From Nitrososphaerota archaeon (GTDB taxonomy: Archaea > Thermoproteota > Nitrososphaeria > Nitrososphaerales > JACPRH01), in contig JAMCPI010000012.1 in NCBI GenBank assembly GCA_023379805.1, forward strand, positions 95,777-159,776: a stretch of 64,000 nucleotides of DNA, written 5' to 3'. Below the pieces are notes generated by a model that was not told where the DNA came from, ran no database searches, and was given only the letters and a program-made list of their open reading frames with translations. Positions 35,630 to 45,567 of the stretch are shown here, in pieces (the first letter of the stretch is position 1; each line of letters begins with the position of its first letter). Both the position numbers and the translations under genes were made by a program.

Positions 35630-37570
35630 TTGGACTTCCCATCATTCAAAGGCAATCACCTTAGTGTCCAGACGATATCGTTGTTAATTATTATCGTGGG
35701 GTCGATTTTCTCAGGAAATATCCTCACGGCCGCATCAGTGCAACCCGCCTCGGATAATGCAGGTCCCAAAAGTTTTGTCCGCGCGTCTCAGGTTGAGGGC
35801 GGCGATGCAAAGATAGGTTCACAAATTAAGAACCACTTGAAGAGCGGTGCTCTGGATAATATCTCGGTTGTAATGAATCTTAGAGGCGAGTATGCTCACT
35901 TGTCCAGCGTCTTGAAGCGGCTTGGTTTTACGGTTGAGCGCGCTCAGGGAACTACTGTTCAGGGACATGTTAAAGCCAATGACTTGGCGCGACTAGCCTC
36001 TTTGAGATTCGTTGACTCTATTCGTGAGCCTGCTAAACCGATTTTCGCCAGCGTCGAAAGTGAAGGAGTCGATGTATTAAAGGCCAACATAGCTCACAGT
36101 ATAGGTCAAACCGGAAAAGGTGTGAAGGTCGCAGTGATCGACGGCGGCTTCGACGTTAACAACCCCAAGATCGCATCGAAAATTGTGGAAGCAAAGTCAT
36201 TCATAAACGGTAAAGATGTGTCCGGTGACTATTCTCACCACGGTACCGCCTGCGCCGAAATAGTTGTGGATGTTGCTCCAGATGTCCAGCTCTACCTTTA
36301 CGCTGTTCGCACTGATTTAGACTTTGTCGCCGCAGTTAACCGCGCAGTAAGCAAGCACGTCAATATCATCTCCACCTCTCTTAGCTTCGCAAACCTTGGC
36401 CCATACGATGGAAGCAGCGACACGTCAAAGGCCTTGGAAAACGCCAGAAAAGCAGGAGTCCTACCGATCGTAGCGGCAAGCAACATGGCTCAGGTACATT
36501 GGAGCGGCACCTTCCAAGACCCCGACTCAAATAACTGGGTGAACTTCGACGGCACAGACGAGACTAACACCTTCCACCTAGACCAAAACAACAAGGTAAC
36601 CGTTTACCTAAGCTGGAACAGATGGTGGCAAACTAATCAAGACTACGACCTATACCTGTACCGAGCAGTTGACGGTAACCTCACCGAAGTATCCAGATCC
36701 ACCAACCGGCAAAACGGTAACTACTGGCCAACAGAAGAGGTCGACTACACCGCTACTGTAAGCGGGCAATACGCTATCAAGATAATTAAAGTGAACGCAG
36801 ACGGCAAAGCCAAATTCGACATGTTCGCCTACGGAGCATCACCGCTAAAGTATCGTAACGAAACAGGAAGTCTAATGAACATCGCCGACGCTAAAGGCGC
36901 AATATCTGTTGGTGCCCTATACTGGAAGACCAATGCGTTGGAACCCTTCAGCTCAAGAGGCCCCACGGCGGATGGGCGGATTAAACCCGACATTATGGGC
37001 CCAGACGGCGTCACAACAACCGGATACACCCCGTTCTTCGGCACCTCAGCAGCTGCTCCACACATTGCTGGACTAGCTGCTTTGATAGCTGGCTCCAACC
37101 CTTCATTGACTGCGGATGAGATTGAAGCAATTCTGGAGAATACAACCACGCATCTAGGTGCAGCTGGGAAAAACGGTGTGTACGGCTATGGTCAAGCTGG
37201 AGCAAGATACGTAACCTTAGATGTCTCACCCAGAACTGTTCCACTGATAGTTGATGGTAACGAACTGTCCCCAACACTACTCCCAAGAAAAATACTTGTA
37301 GACGGAATGCCTCGCAACGTATCCCTACCAATAACTTCAACAGGAACGAACAATACCCGTTACATCTTCAAACAGTGGAGTAGCGGAAACAAATCTCAAA
37401 CAATAACGCTTCGCTTCGACGGGAGAAGGCTGAACGAAACAGCCCAGTTCGCAGCAGAAAATAATAACGAAAACTCAACAAAGGGTGCACCACAGGGAAT
37501 CTGGTACAACCCGAATACGGGTACCTCTCTCTCAAGCTTGCCTACAACCAATAATCAGGACGGCACGTAG
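35630..37570 (+). CDS. Secreted subtilisin-like serine protease (peptidase S8)
   Basis: 646 aa with a TTG start and a signal peptide. Catalytic triad motifs VAVIDGGFD, HGTACAE and GTSAAAPHIAG. Confidence 0.9.
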   Translation: MDFPSFKGNHLSVQTISLLIIIVGSIFSGNILTAASVQPASDNAGPKSFVRASQVEGGDAKIGSQIKNHLKSGALDNISVVMNLRGEYAHLSSVLKRLGFTVERAQGTTVQGHVKANDLARLASLRFVDSIREPAKPIFASVESEGVDVLKANIAHSIGQTGKGVKVAVIDGGFDVNNPKIASKIVEAKSFINGKDVSGDYSHHGTACAEIVVDVAPDVQLYLYAVRTDLDFVAAVNRAVSKHVNIISTSLSFANLGPYDGSSDTSKALENARKAGVLPIVAASNMAQVHWSGTFQDPDSNNWVNFDGTDETNTFHLDQNNKVTVYLSWNRWWQTNQDYDLYLYRAVDGNLTEVSRSTNRQNGNYWPTEEVDYTATVSGQYAIKIIKVNADGKAKFDMFAYGASPLKYRNETGSLMNIADAKGAISVGALYWKTNALEPFSSRGPTADGRIKPDIMGPDGVTTTGYTPFFGTSAAAPHIAGLAALIAGSNPSLTADEIEAILENTTTHLGAAGKNGVYGYGQAGARYVTLDVSPRTVPLIVDGNELSPTLLPRKILVDGMPRNVSLPITSTGTNNTRYIFKQWSSGNKSQTITLRFDGRRLNETAQFAAENNNENSTKGAPQGIWYNPNTGTSLSSLPTTNNQDGT

Positions 37571-37683
37571 CAAACCGCTCCCCCCTCTCTTTACGCTGCC
37601 ATCTACACGATGTGGGTGACCGTAGGGTTCCATCCTCTTGGAACTGTTGATAAGGTTCACTCACGATACAAGGCCGGTCTAGA

Positions 37684-38253
37684 ATGGGAGATAAGCAGCG
37701 GCTTGACGAGAGCAGAAGCAGAGCGATTAAAGCTCCTTTTACATTCGCCTATGTAGAGAAGCAGCTGCGTAGAAAGAATTACGGGGTGCTTAGCACTGTT
37801 ACTCCCAAGGGGCGAGCTCACTCTGCAGGCGTAGCCTACGGGGTATCCCCACCGGGCTCACCTCTCCGCCTCTACCTAATATCTAGACCAAGCTTGAAAA
37901 AGCCAAGAAACATCAAGACGAACCCAAATGTCTCCTTCACAGTGCCTTTCCCGCACTACCTTCTAAGGATGGTACCACCGTCTAGCATCAAGTTCCAAGG
38001 AACTGCGGAAATTCTATCAATTAACGATCCAGAGGCCAGACAAGTGTTTAACAGTTCACTAGTGCTGAGACGTAGCTTGAAGTATGACCTAAAAATCGGT
38101 GAATCCATCTTCATAAGAATAGTGCCTGCAAAAAAGATATTCTCTTGGGGCCTAGGGGCAAGCATATGCCAGCTACTGAGAAATCCGCCACCCACCTATT
38201 ACGTGGATTTTCCCAGTGATCCTCGAGAGAACGAAAATCCCGAACACCCGTAA
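37684..38253 (+). CDS. Pyridoxamine-5'-phosphate-oxidase-like split-barrel flavin/deazaflavin protein
   Basis: 189 aa. KNYGVLSTVTPKGRAHSAGVAYG...NPNVSFTV...G.AEIL is the PNPOx-like barrel pattern. Confidence 0.6.
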   Translation: MGDKQRLDESRSRAIKAPFTFAYVEKQLRRKNYGVLSTVTPKGRAHSAGVAYGVSPPGSPLRLYLISRPSLKKPRNIKTNPNVSFTVPFPHYLLRMVPPSSIKFQGTAEILSINDPEARQVFNSSLVLRRSLKYDLKIGESIFIRIVPAKKIFSWGLGASICQLLRNPPPTYYVDFPSDPRENENPEHP

Positions 38254-38352
38254 ATAACAAACCGCGCAACCAATCCAACCCTGTAAAGAACCATTAGACG
38301 AGAAAGAGTAATAATAGATAGTAGATCTACGTTTGCTGTTGATACGCTGTCT

Positions 38353-39942
38353 ATGAGCAGGAGATCAAAGGCGAGCCACAGGATTCCAGCAACTATGTCA
38401 ACTCAGCACCCTGACAATGCTGCTGTCCCCAAGTGGTGCAACGGAGATGTAATCGACGGTGAAAACGAGATTTACGAAGCGTACTTCGCCTACGAGACCC
38501 TCGGCTGCCAAGAGGTGATGTGGGATGCTGAGGGAAAGGACGTGGATACCCGAGTGGCGCGGAAGCTCCTGACAAAATACAGTGATTTCTTCAAGAAGCA
38601 CATAATGGGTGAAGATGTCTTCCTCACCTACCGCATACCAAACCCGCGGATTGAAGGTGTTGAACGAAAGATCGTGGTTGAAACACTCCAAAACATCCCG
38701 ATCTCCTACGATGTCGCATCCACCTTCTATCAGAAGAAAATCGCCCCAATATTCGAAGTTATCCTGCCGTTCACAACCGACGGACGAGAACTCCTCTGGC
38801 TCTACAACTACTACCGAAAAGCAATCTCCTCAACAGAAAAAATCGATCTAGACGGCTCAACCCGAGTCAGCGACTGGGTAGGCACCTTCAAACCTGAGCA
38901 GATACAGGTCATACCTCTAGTCGAAGACTTCAACAGCCTCCTAACGGTCGACAAAATCGTGGAGCCCTACCTCAAAACCGCCAAGCCGAAGCACCTCAGG
39001 GTCTTCATCGCACGCTCAGACCCCGCCTTAAACTACGGGCTAGTATGCGCGGTTATACTCTCCAAAATAGCTCTCTCAAAACTGAAGAAGCTGGAGGCGA
39101 AGATGCAAATACCTATCCACCCCATTATCGGAGTAGGAACCCTGCCTTTCCGAGGACACCTCTCTCCCCCGAATGTAGACCGCTTCCTAGATGAGCATCG
39201 CGGATTATCCACCGTCACGGTTCAATCAGCCATGCGTTACGATTATCCTCTCCACGAAGCGAAGCGAGCTGTAGATAGGCTCAACGAGCAACTACCAAAT
39301 GGAGACCCAACTCCAATCGAGCCTCACGATGAGAAGATACTCCTGCAGGTACTGCAAAAGTGTCAAATGGAGTACGAGGGGACAGTTGAAGCCCTCGCCC
39401 CGCTGGTGAACAGCATAGCATCGTACGTTCCGTCAAGACGTGCTAGGCGACTTCACATCGGGCTTTTCGGCTATAGTAGAAGCCTACGAGGCATCAGCCT
39501 CCCGCGAGCAATAACCTTCGCAGCGACCTTCTACTCGCTCGGGCTTCCCCCCGAGTTCATCGGCGGTAAAGCTCTAGCTAATCTAGACGACGAAGAGTGG
39601 GATGTTCTCCGTGAACACTACAGTAACCTGACCAATGATCTCCGCACAGTTGGTGGTCTGCTCTCATGGGAAAACATGAATATGCTGATGGAGATGCGTG
39701 AAGATGTCGCGAAGAGATCTAACATAAACATAGCGACTCTGAACAACGCAATCACACAGATCATGGGCGGCTTAGACGCCATCGAAGATCAGCTAGGAAT
39801 TAAACTCGGCTCACAAACTCCTACAGAGCGTAAGCATGAGAACTTCACCAACAACTTCCTCATCTCCTACATCGAGCAGGAGGACGATGAAGCAAGACGC
39901 TTCCTCCTCGAAGCAGCCAAGTTGAGGCGCTGCCTAGGTTAA
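38353..39942 (+). CDS. ppcA: Archaeal-type phosphoenolpyruvate carboxylase
   Basis: 529 aa. IPATMSTQHPDNA N-terminal signature and overall length typical of atPEPC. Confidence 0.9.
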   Translation: MSRRSKASHRIPATMSTQHPDNAAVPKWCNGDVIDGENEIYEAYFAYETLGCQEVMWDAEGKDVDTRVARKLLTKYSDFFKKHIMGEDVFLTYRIPNPRIEGVERKIVVETLQNIPISYDVASTFYQKKIAPIFEVILPFTTDGRELLWLYNYYRKAISSTEKIDLDGSTRVSDWVGTFKPEQIQVIPLVEDFNSLLTVDKIVEPYLKTAKPKHLRVFIARSDPALNYGLVCAVILSKIALSKLKKLEAKMQIPIHPIIGVGTLPFRGHLSPPNVDRFLDEHRGLSTVTVQSAMRYDYPLHEAKRAVDRLNEQLPNGDPTPIEPHDEKILLQVLQKCQMEYEGTVEALAPLVNSIASYVPSRRARRLHIGLFGYSRSLRGISLPRAITFAATFYSLGLPPEFIGGKALANLDDEEWDVLREHYSNLTNDLRTVGGLLSWENMNMLMEMREDVAKRSNINIATLNNAITQIMGGLDAIEDQLGIKLGSQTPTERKHENFTNNFLISYIEQEDDEARRFLLEAAKLRRCLG

Positions 39943-40006
39943 CACGAAGAAAACCAAGTTCCACCTTCCTGACAATAGGTTTATAGTTCATGACACTTCG
40001 GCTTGC

Positions 40007-40162
40007 ATGAGGCAAATGAAGGTCAAAGTGCTCATCAACGGCAAGCCTGTTGAGACTAACCCATATGTGGATCTGGTCTTTTCTAGAGTAATCGATGCGC
40101 TGGTCGGAACTCTACGTGGCGTCGAGGACTGGAAGACTGTACGACTAGAAGTCGAAAAATAA
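40007..40162 (+). CDS. Small hypothetical protein (51 aa, below the ORF-track cutoff)
   Basis: MRQMKVKVLINGKPVETNPYVDLVFSRVIDALVGTLRGVEDWKTVRLEVEK. TTTATA at 39980-39985 is centred about 25 nt upstream of the ATG (leaderless-compatible). Confidence 0.35.
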   Translation: MRQMKVKVLINGKPVETNPYVDLVFSRVIDALVGTLRGVEDWKTVRLEVEK

Positions 40163-40228
40163 AAAAGGACAAATTTTCTTTAACGAAGATACTGCACCTA
40201 TTTTTAAGAGACGGTTTTCTCCGATTCC

Positions 40229-40613
40229 ATGAATAGGATGAAGACCGTAAAGTACAACCGATTGACGCCCGAGGAAGAAGCAGTCATAGTTCACAAGGGA
40301 ACCGAACACCCATTCACAGGTAAATACGAGAACTTCTGGGGAAAAGGAACATACATATGCAAACGCTGCGAAGCGCCGCTGTACCGCTCCGAAAGCAAGT
40401 TTGAAGCCTACTGCGGCTGGCCAAGCTTCGACGAAGAAATACCTGAAGCAGTTAAACGAATACCGGATCCGGATGGCGTCCGCACTGAAATAGTCTGCGC
40501 CACCTGCGGCGCCCATCTAGGACATGTCTTCAAAGGTGAACAGTTAACCGAAAAGAACATTCGGCACCGTGAACTCGATATCGCTGAAGTTTATACCTGC
40601 GGAGAACCCCTGA
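40229..40613 (+). pseudogene. msrB: Methionine-R-sulfoxide reductase MsrB with apparent 2-nt deletion in the catalytic Cys codon
   Basis: Frame 0 gives CKRC...CATCGAHLGHVFKGEQLTEKNIRH and then loses the motif. From 40569 the +1 frame reads VNSISLKFIPAENP-TGA (stop at 40611-40613). The expected RH-C-VNSISLKF needs tgc where only c (40568) is present. Confidence 0.7.
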
Positions 40614-40621
40614 TCAATCAA

Positions 40622-41107
40622 ATGACGGCTGAGCGGGCAATCTTCGCCGGCGGCTGCTTCTGGGGAGTAGAGTACTACTTCAAACGGGCTAAAGGCGTCT
40701 TGACAACTAGCGTAGGCTACACCGGGGGACACAAAGATAATCCGACATATAGAGAGGTTAGCTACGACGACACAGGTCACGCAGAGGCAGTCGAGGTAAT
40801 CTATGACCCTACTGTGACCAGCTACGAAGATATTGCGAAGATCTTCTTCGAAATCCACGATCCAACACAAGTTAACAGGCAGGGACCAGACATCGGTGAA
40901 CAGTACCGCTCTGAAATCTTCTACCTGAATGATGAGCAGAAGAAGGTCGCTGAAAAACTGATACAGAAGCTAAAGGCAAAAGGTTACCGGGTGACAACAA
41001 AGCTCACCAAAGCAGGCAGCTTCTGGAAGGCGGAAGACTACCATCAAAACTACTACCAGAAGACCAACGGCACCCCATACTGCCACCGCTACACCAAGAG
41101 ATTCTAA
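40622..41107 (+). CDS. msrA: Methionine-S-sulfoxide reductase MsrA (own ATG; read as part of the 40229..41107 fusion ORF in the sequence as given)
   Basis: MTAERAIFAGGCFWGVEYYF...GYTGG...EVSYDDTGHAEAV...DPT..NRQG.D.G.QYRS are the MsrA signature blocks. Confidence 0.85.
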   Translation: MTAERAIFAGGCFWGVEYYFKRAKGVLTTSVGYTGGHKDNPTYREVSYDDTGHAEAVEVIYDPTVTSYEDIAKIFFEIHDPTQVNRQGPDIGEQYRSEIFYLNDEQKKVAEKLIQKLKAKGYRVTTKLTKAGSFWKAEDYHQNYYQKTNGTPYCHRYTKRF

Positions 41108-41728
41108 AAGGATAGAAAACCGGCCAATTCAGACAGCACAAATGCGTTCTGCAACAACATCAAAAGAGGTAGTTAAAAACCGCCAAGATTGTTTTTTATG
41201 AGTATTATTCTCATCATAACTGCGATATAGTCGTATTTCCAGCCTATTTCCAGTAATTGTCGATGTGTTAGATATTGTTGAGTTTATGTGTTGTTTTTGA
41301 CTGATAAATTTTTCTGAACGACGACTTTGTTGTTGGGGAGTACACCAATGAATGTGCATCCAGAGAAGAGTGCGTGCTGTTTCCCATTCCTTCGGAAAGT
41401 TTGGGTTTATCTCATCATTCTTCTCTGCCAATTGTTTATCTACCAAAATTTCTATGTCGAAAATGGACTAACTTCAGAATTATTTAATTTGTCTATATAA
41501 ACCTTTATTGTCGCCACGATGCGCTTAATTATTCGCGCCCCCATTCAGCCAACGCACAGAAGTGGTAGACTGTACTGAGCCACGCGGTAAGTGATAAAAT
41601 AGAATTGAATTGTCATTTTTAACAGACTTTTTGGGTGACATTTTCAGGTTTTAGATCCTTGTCGATAAAAGATACTCCGTAGTTGGGCAAAAAGTAAGAA
41701 CATTAACCTTTTAAGGAAGCGATCTCCA

Positions 41729-42121
41729 ATGCATATAGCTTTGAAGCCTGATATTACTGAAAATTTAGATGGTTTTTCTGATAAATTTCTTGGAAAAACA
41801 CAGCTCACTACGAATGAGGATATTAACGGGGTGCAGCAGCCGGATGACTCAGGCAAGGCGATCACAGGCGCGCATAAAGGAGATAATGATGGTGATGGTG
41901 GTAGAGTCGCCATCGCTTATGTGTTTAAGTCTGATGAGGATGATTCCGAGCAAGGTAAAGACATTGGTTCAATGATGCGTGCAGTGAAGGAGATGCTCGA
42001 TGATGGTGACGGCGATGAGTTGGTGATGGAGTTTATTCTTGCGCGGTATCTTTTGCGGCACCAAAGCGGCGGCGGTAATACCCTTTCTCGTCCAGGAACT
42101 CTCTCAGAGCAGCAGCCATGA
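41729..42121 (+). CDS. Acidic hypothetical protein
   Basis: 130-aa ORF, D/E/G-rich. Its 3' end overlaps the convergent RHH gene, so its true extent is uncertain. Confidence 0.25.
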   Translation: MHIALKPDITENLDGFSDKFLGKTQLTTNEDINGVQQPDDSGKAITGAHKGDNDGDGGRVAIAYVFKSDEDDSEQGKDIGSMMRAVKEMLDDGDGDELVMEFILARYLLRHQSGGGNTLSRPGTLSEQQP

Positions 42122-42242
42122 CGTCTGACTGTGAGTCTAGTCCAAGCTCTCTGGCCTCCTCAGTAGCTAGAAACCTCGTTACAGCCTCCTTCATCCCGGC
42201 TGGAATCCTTACAGTGGCTCCCTCGCCTTTAGTTTTGGGCAA
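42033..42242 (-). CDS. Ribbon-helix-helix (CopG/Arc-like) DNA-binding protein
   Basis: 69 aa. TVRIPAGMKEAVTRFLATEEARELGLDSQSDVMAAALREFL has the beta-strand plus two helices layout of RHH proteins. Confidence 0.55.
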   Translation of the reverse strand: MPKTKGEGATVRIPAGMKEAVTRFLATEEARELGLDSQSDVMAAALREFLDEKGYYRRRFGAAKDTAQE

Positions 42243-42475
42243 CCTCTCTCCACACTCTCTACGGTTAAGCTGGTTAAAATACAGTTAACATGATTAATCA
42301 AAGTTTATTCTAGGTCATTTAGGAATCACCTAGAGATAACGTATATACCGGACTGTAGTACATGTGACACCACATGTACACAAATGACACCACAAGAAAT
42401 GGTGTCGTTAAAGCGCAGAAGATCGATGGCGGCCAACCCGCGTTTTTCGGAGCAGCGAAAGTAAGGCTCCGGCAG

Positions 42476-44707
42476 ATGGGTCGACACTCGATCAAAACCG
42501 TAAAAAGAGTAGCACCCAAACTTGCAAGCACAGCAGTAATAACACTGCTAATCGCATCAATCTTCCCACTAACCCTGTTCACTGTGACTCCTTCTATACT
42601 GCCTAAGGCGGCGGCTACAGAGCCCAACATTATATTCCAGAACGGCTTCGAGGCGGGCACTAACACTACTAACTGGGATTGGAAATCTAATGTCCATTAT
42701 GGCACAATATCTAATGACAACAACATCTTCTTTGGAGGAATAAGGTCTTTCAAATTCGCTGCAACTGCGTACAACGGCGATGGCTTCGTCCATGGAAGCA
42801 ATAACTTCAGTAAGATAACGAATACGTTGTGGATGCAGATGTATGTGCGGATTGACCCATACCCAAGTGGATCAGATAAGATGGTCGAGATATTCGAGCT
42901 CAAGAACAGCACAGGTTCTATCGCGGCAGTACGGCTTTACAGCAGTAGTACTGGCGTAGAGAAGATCCAGCTAAAGAGATACATTCCATCGGTTCAGTAT
43001 GACTACTCAACAGATCTAAATCTCGCATCCAACAGATGGTACAGACTTGAGTTCAAGTTGTATCGTAACTCAACAGCCGGCCAATACCAAGTCTACCTCA
43101 ACGGATCACCTGTGATCAACATTACAAATGTCAACACAGCATCATCTGCTACTGTGCCTGCAAGCATGAATGTTGGAGCAACCATAGGATCTCACAGCAG
43201 CTCATCATGGACACTCTGGGCTGATGATGTATCAATCAGCAATACGACAAGAATTCCCTCTGTAAAGCCTCAAGATCCAATATTCCAAGACGGCTTCGAA
43301 TCTGGTAATGCCACAAAATGGGATTGGACTTCTAGCGGAAACGGAGGAACAATATCATACGATACCAGTGTCAAGTTTAACGGAACCTACTCCTTCAAAC
43401 TGGCAGCCACCCAGACCAACAGCTACGGCTACGCTCACGCCAGTAAAAACTTCACACAAATAGGGAATACAGTGACAGTACAGATGTGGGTACGGATCAG
43501 CTCGTTGCCTAGCGGATCAGGCAAAATGGTCGAGATATTAGAGCTCAAGAACAGCACAGGTCCGATTGCTGGAGTGCGGCTTTACAGTCCAGGCGCTGGC
43601 AGAGCGCAGATAGAACTCAAGCGGTATATTCCATCAGTTCAGTATGATCACTCAGCAGACTTGAACATTACATCTAACTCTTGGTTCAAGCTTGTATTCA
43701 AGTTGTATCGTAACTCAACAGCCGGCCAATACCACATATACATCAACGACTCACTCGTGATCAGTATCAAGAATTTGAATACAGATTCTTTAGCTACTGT
43801 GCCTGCAAGCATGAATGTTGGAGCAACCATAGGATCTCACAGCAGCTCATCATGGACACTCTGGGTTGACACTGTATCAGTTAGCCGCCGGGATCCATGG
43901 CTTTACGATAGACGTTATGTAGCTGGCTATATGACTGCAAATGGATGTCCTAGTAATACTTTTTGCACAGCTAGTGAAGCTAAAGCGGCCATAAGTTTCC
44001 CAAACACCTCGGCATCAGTAATTCCTTCTGGGGAATTCTTGGAAGGTTCAATCAACTTGAAGGCCTCTGACAACATACATGACGGCTTGGATTACTCAAT
44101 AAGAGCAACTCACAACCTATATCCAAATGGGACTCACGCAGTTGTTGGGGAAATGTGGGAAACATGTGACGGACTTAGTTGCAATACATTCTTTCCATAC
44201 AAAACATTGCTGTATAAATCCCTCCTAAAGCTAGATGGATTGTCCGCAGATCAAACCGTCTACGTTAGAATACGAGTAATAGGCGATGATCGTGTTCGCT
44301 GGTGGTACTCATACAATGGGACTTCTTGGACGGAGTACGGTATATACACTCCACCTACAACTTTCAACGAATATCTGCAAATAGGTACTAACCCGATCTA
44401 CTTCGGACCATATTTCACAGCCTACGGCTACCAGTTTGCTGCATCGAGTTCGAGCATGGTTCGCATACCTGGCTCATGGAGCGTAAAAATCGCACAGCCC
44501 TCGTATAATCGATCCCTTACTTGGACTGTAGTACCTACTGCAAAAATAATTCAAGGCACTCACTCTCTTTTCTCCGAAGACTGGAAATACGCCGCCTTTC
44601 CGTATAATGATGTTTGGGCGAATTACCCAACTGCGGATCAGTCAGTCACCTTCTACTATAGGCTAGGGTATTTTCTACCAGATCATGATACCCTATGGGG
44701 TGGATAG
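42476..44707 (+). CDS. Large secreted protein with two tandem concanavalin/LamG-like domains and a distinct C-terminal domain
   Basis: The start at M35 of the track ORF gives a signal anchor (MGRHSIKTVKRVAPKLASTAVITLLIASIFPL). There are two ~203-aa repeats beginning IFQNGFE/IFQDGFE, and many N-x-S/T sequons. Confidence 0.75.
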   Translation: MGRHSIKTVKRVAPKLASTAVITLLIASIFPLTLFTVTPSILPKAAATEPNIIFQNGFEAGTNTTNWDWKSNVHYGTISNDNNIFFGGIRSFKFAATAYNGDGFVHGSNNFSKITNTLWMQMYVRIDPYPSGSDKMVEIFELKNSTGSIAAVRLYSSSTGVEKIQLKRYIPSVQYDYSTDLNLASNRWYRLEFKLYRNSTAGQYQVYLNGSPVINITNVNTASSATVPASMNVGATIGSHSSSSWTLWADDVSISNTTRIPSVKPQDPIFQDGFESGNATKWDWTSSGNGGTISYDTSVKFNGTYSFKLAATQTNSYGYAHASKNFTQIGNTVTVQMWVRISSLPSGSGKMVEILELKNSTGPIAGVRLYSPGAGRAQIELKRYIPSVQYDHSADLNITSNSWFKLVFKLYRNSTAGQYHIYINDSLVISIKNLNTDSLATVPASMNVGATIGSHSSSSWTLWVDTVSVSRRDPWLYDRRYVAGYMTANGCPSNTFCTASEAKAAISFPNTSASVIPSGEFLEGSINLKASDNIHDGLDYSIRATHNLYPNGTHAVVGEMWETCDGLSCNTFFPYKTLLYKSLLKLDGLSADQTVYVRIRVIGDDRVRWWYSYNGTSWTEYGIYTPPTTFNEYLQIGTNPIYFGPYFTAYGYQFAASSSSMVRIPGSWSVKIAQPSYNRSLTWTVVPTAKIIQGTHSLFSEDWKYAAFPYNDVWANYPTADQSVTFYYRLGYFLPDHDTLWGG
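42632..43888 (+). repeat. Tandem intragenic duplication (~645-648 nt period) with patches of perfect nucleotide identity
   Basis: 43148-43220 is identical to 43793-43865 (73 nt). ttcaagttgtatcgtaactcaacagccggccaatacca occurs at both ~43052 and ~43697. Confidence 0.9.
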
Positions 44708-44712
44708 GCCAC

Positions 44713-44766
44713 AAATAGAGGGATATAGGCAAAGCGTGAAGGCTTTTGCCTACCCCTCTCTATTTT
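44713..44766 (+). terminator. Long imperfect hairpin followed by T-run downstream of the secreted-protein gene
   Basis: Inner stem TAGGCAAA/TTTGCCTA (8 bp) and outer stem AGAGGG/CCCTCT, then TATTTT. Begins 6 nt after the stop at 44707. Confidence 0.4.
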
Positions 44767-44869
44767 ACCATAAATCGACGAGATAATAATTCGAAGGCGG
44801 TATTATTCGGCTGTGTAAACTTAAGGTACTTGGGAAAGAGATATTTGACTGTCAACGCTTCTATGGTAT

Positions 44870-45100
44870 ATGCCTGAACGAGGATGGTCTGTCCTAACTG
44901 TTAGAGAAGATACAGCCAAAAGGATCAAGGAGATGGCAAAGCTCAAGGGTTTAACTGTTGATGAGACGATTAACAAACTCATCAACCCTAAAGGAAAGGA
45001 AGGATGGTCTACATGCGAAGCCTGCAGTGCAAAGGTCAAGATACCAAACCTTCATGAACACATGAACAAGGTGCATCCAAAGTTGACTGTCAAAGCATAG
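44870..45100 (+). CDS. Small RHH-like + C2H2-like zinc-finger protein
   Basis: 76 aa. WSVLTVREDTAKRIKEMAKLKGLTVDETINKLI has the RHH layout, followed by CEAC-x11-H-x4-H (CEACSAKVKIPNLHEHMNKVH). Confidence 0.5.
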   Translation: MPERGWSVLTVREDTAKRIKEMAKLKGLTVDETINKLINPKGKEGWSTCEACSAKVKIPNLHEHMNKVHPKLTVKA

Positions 45101-45567
45101 CCGTTAAACTCCCCTTAAGTTTACAGCACCTATTATTCATTAGTAGAGTTTATATCAACAGCTCCTCTCCATCATTGCTACTGCTTTGGCAATAGACGGG
45201 TGAAAACTGCCCAGTCAAACGTAGAGTCGTGCTTGCGTATAGTGACGACTGAATCGATAGGCGGTTCAAGTTCAGTAATCCATATTCTGTCCTGCGACTA
45301 GATCAAGTATCTATGGGAGGTCATAATCATTTTCCAATAGATAGCAGAAATTGGAGATCCTATGATTTCAGGTGTCTGGAGCATTAGGATATATCTGAGA
45401 ATTGTTGAAGAACCATCGCGACCCGCTTGAAGTCCTTATGTCATCAGGATAATTTAGACCGATCCTGAGAATCACCTAAGGTGGCTTCATCAACTTCGTA
45501 TGTGTTAGTAACCCTTTTGTTGCTGAACATCGCATAATATAATGTATTAGGGTGTGAATAGACGGTT

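Noticed and set aside
41129-41446. A 105-aa minus-strand ORF in the AT-rich patch after msrA.
   Set aside because: No recognisable domain, odd composition (Q/S/N/T-rich) and no promoter-like context. It may be a gene remnant but cannot be supported.
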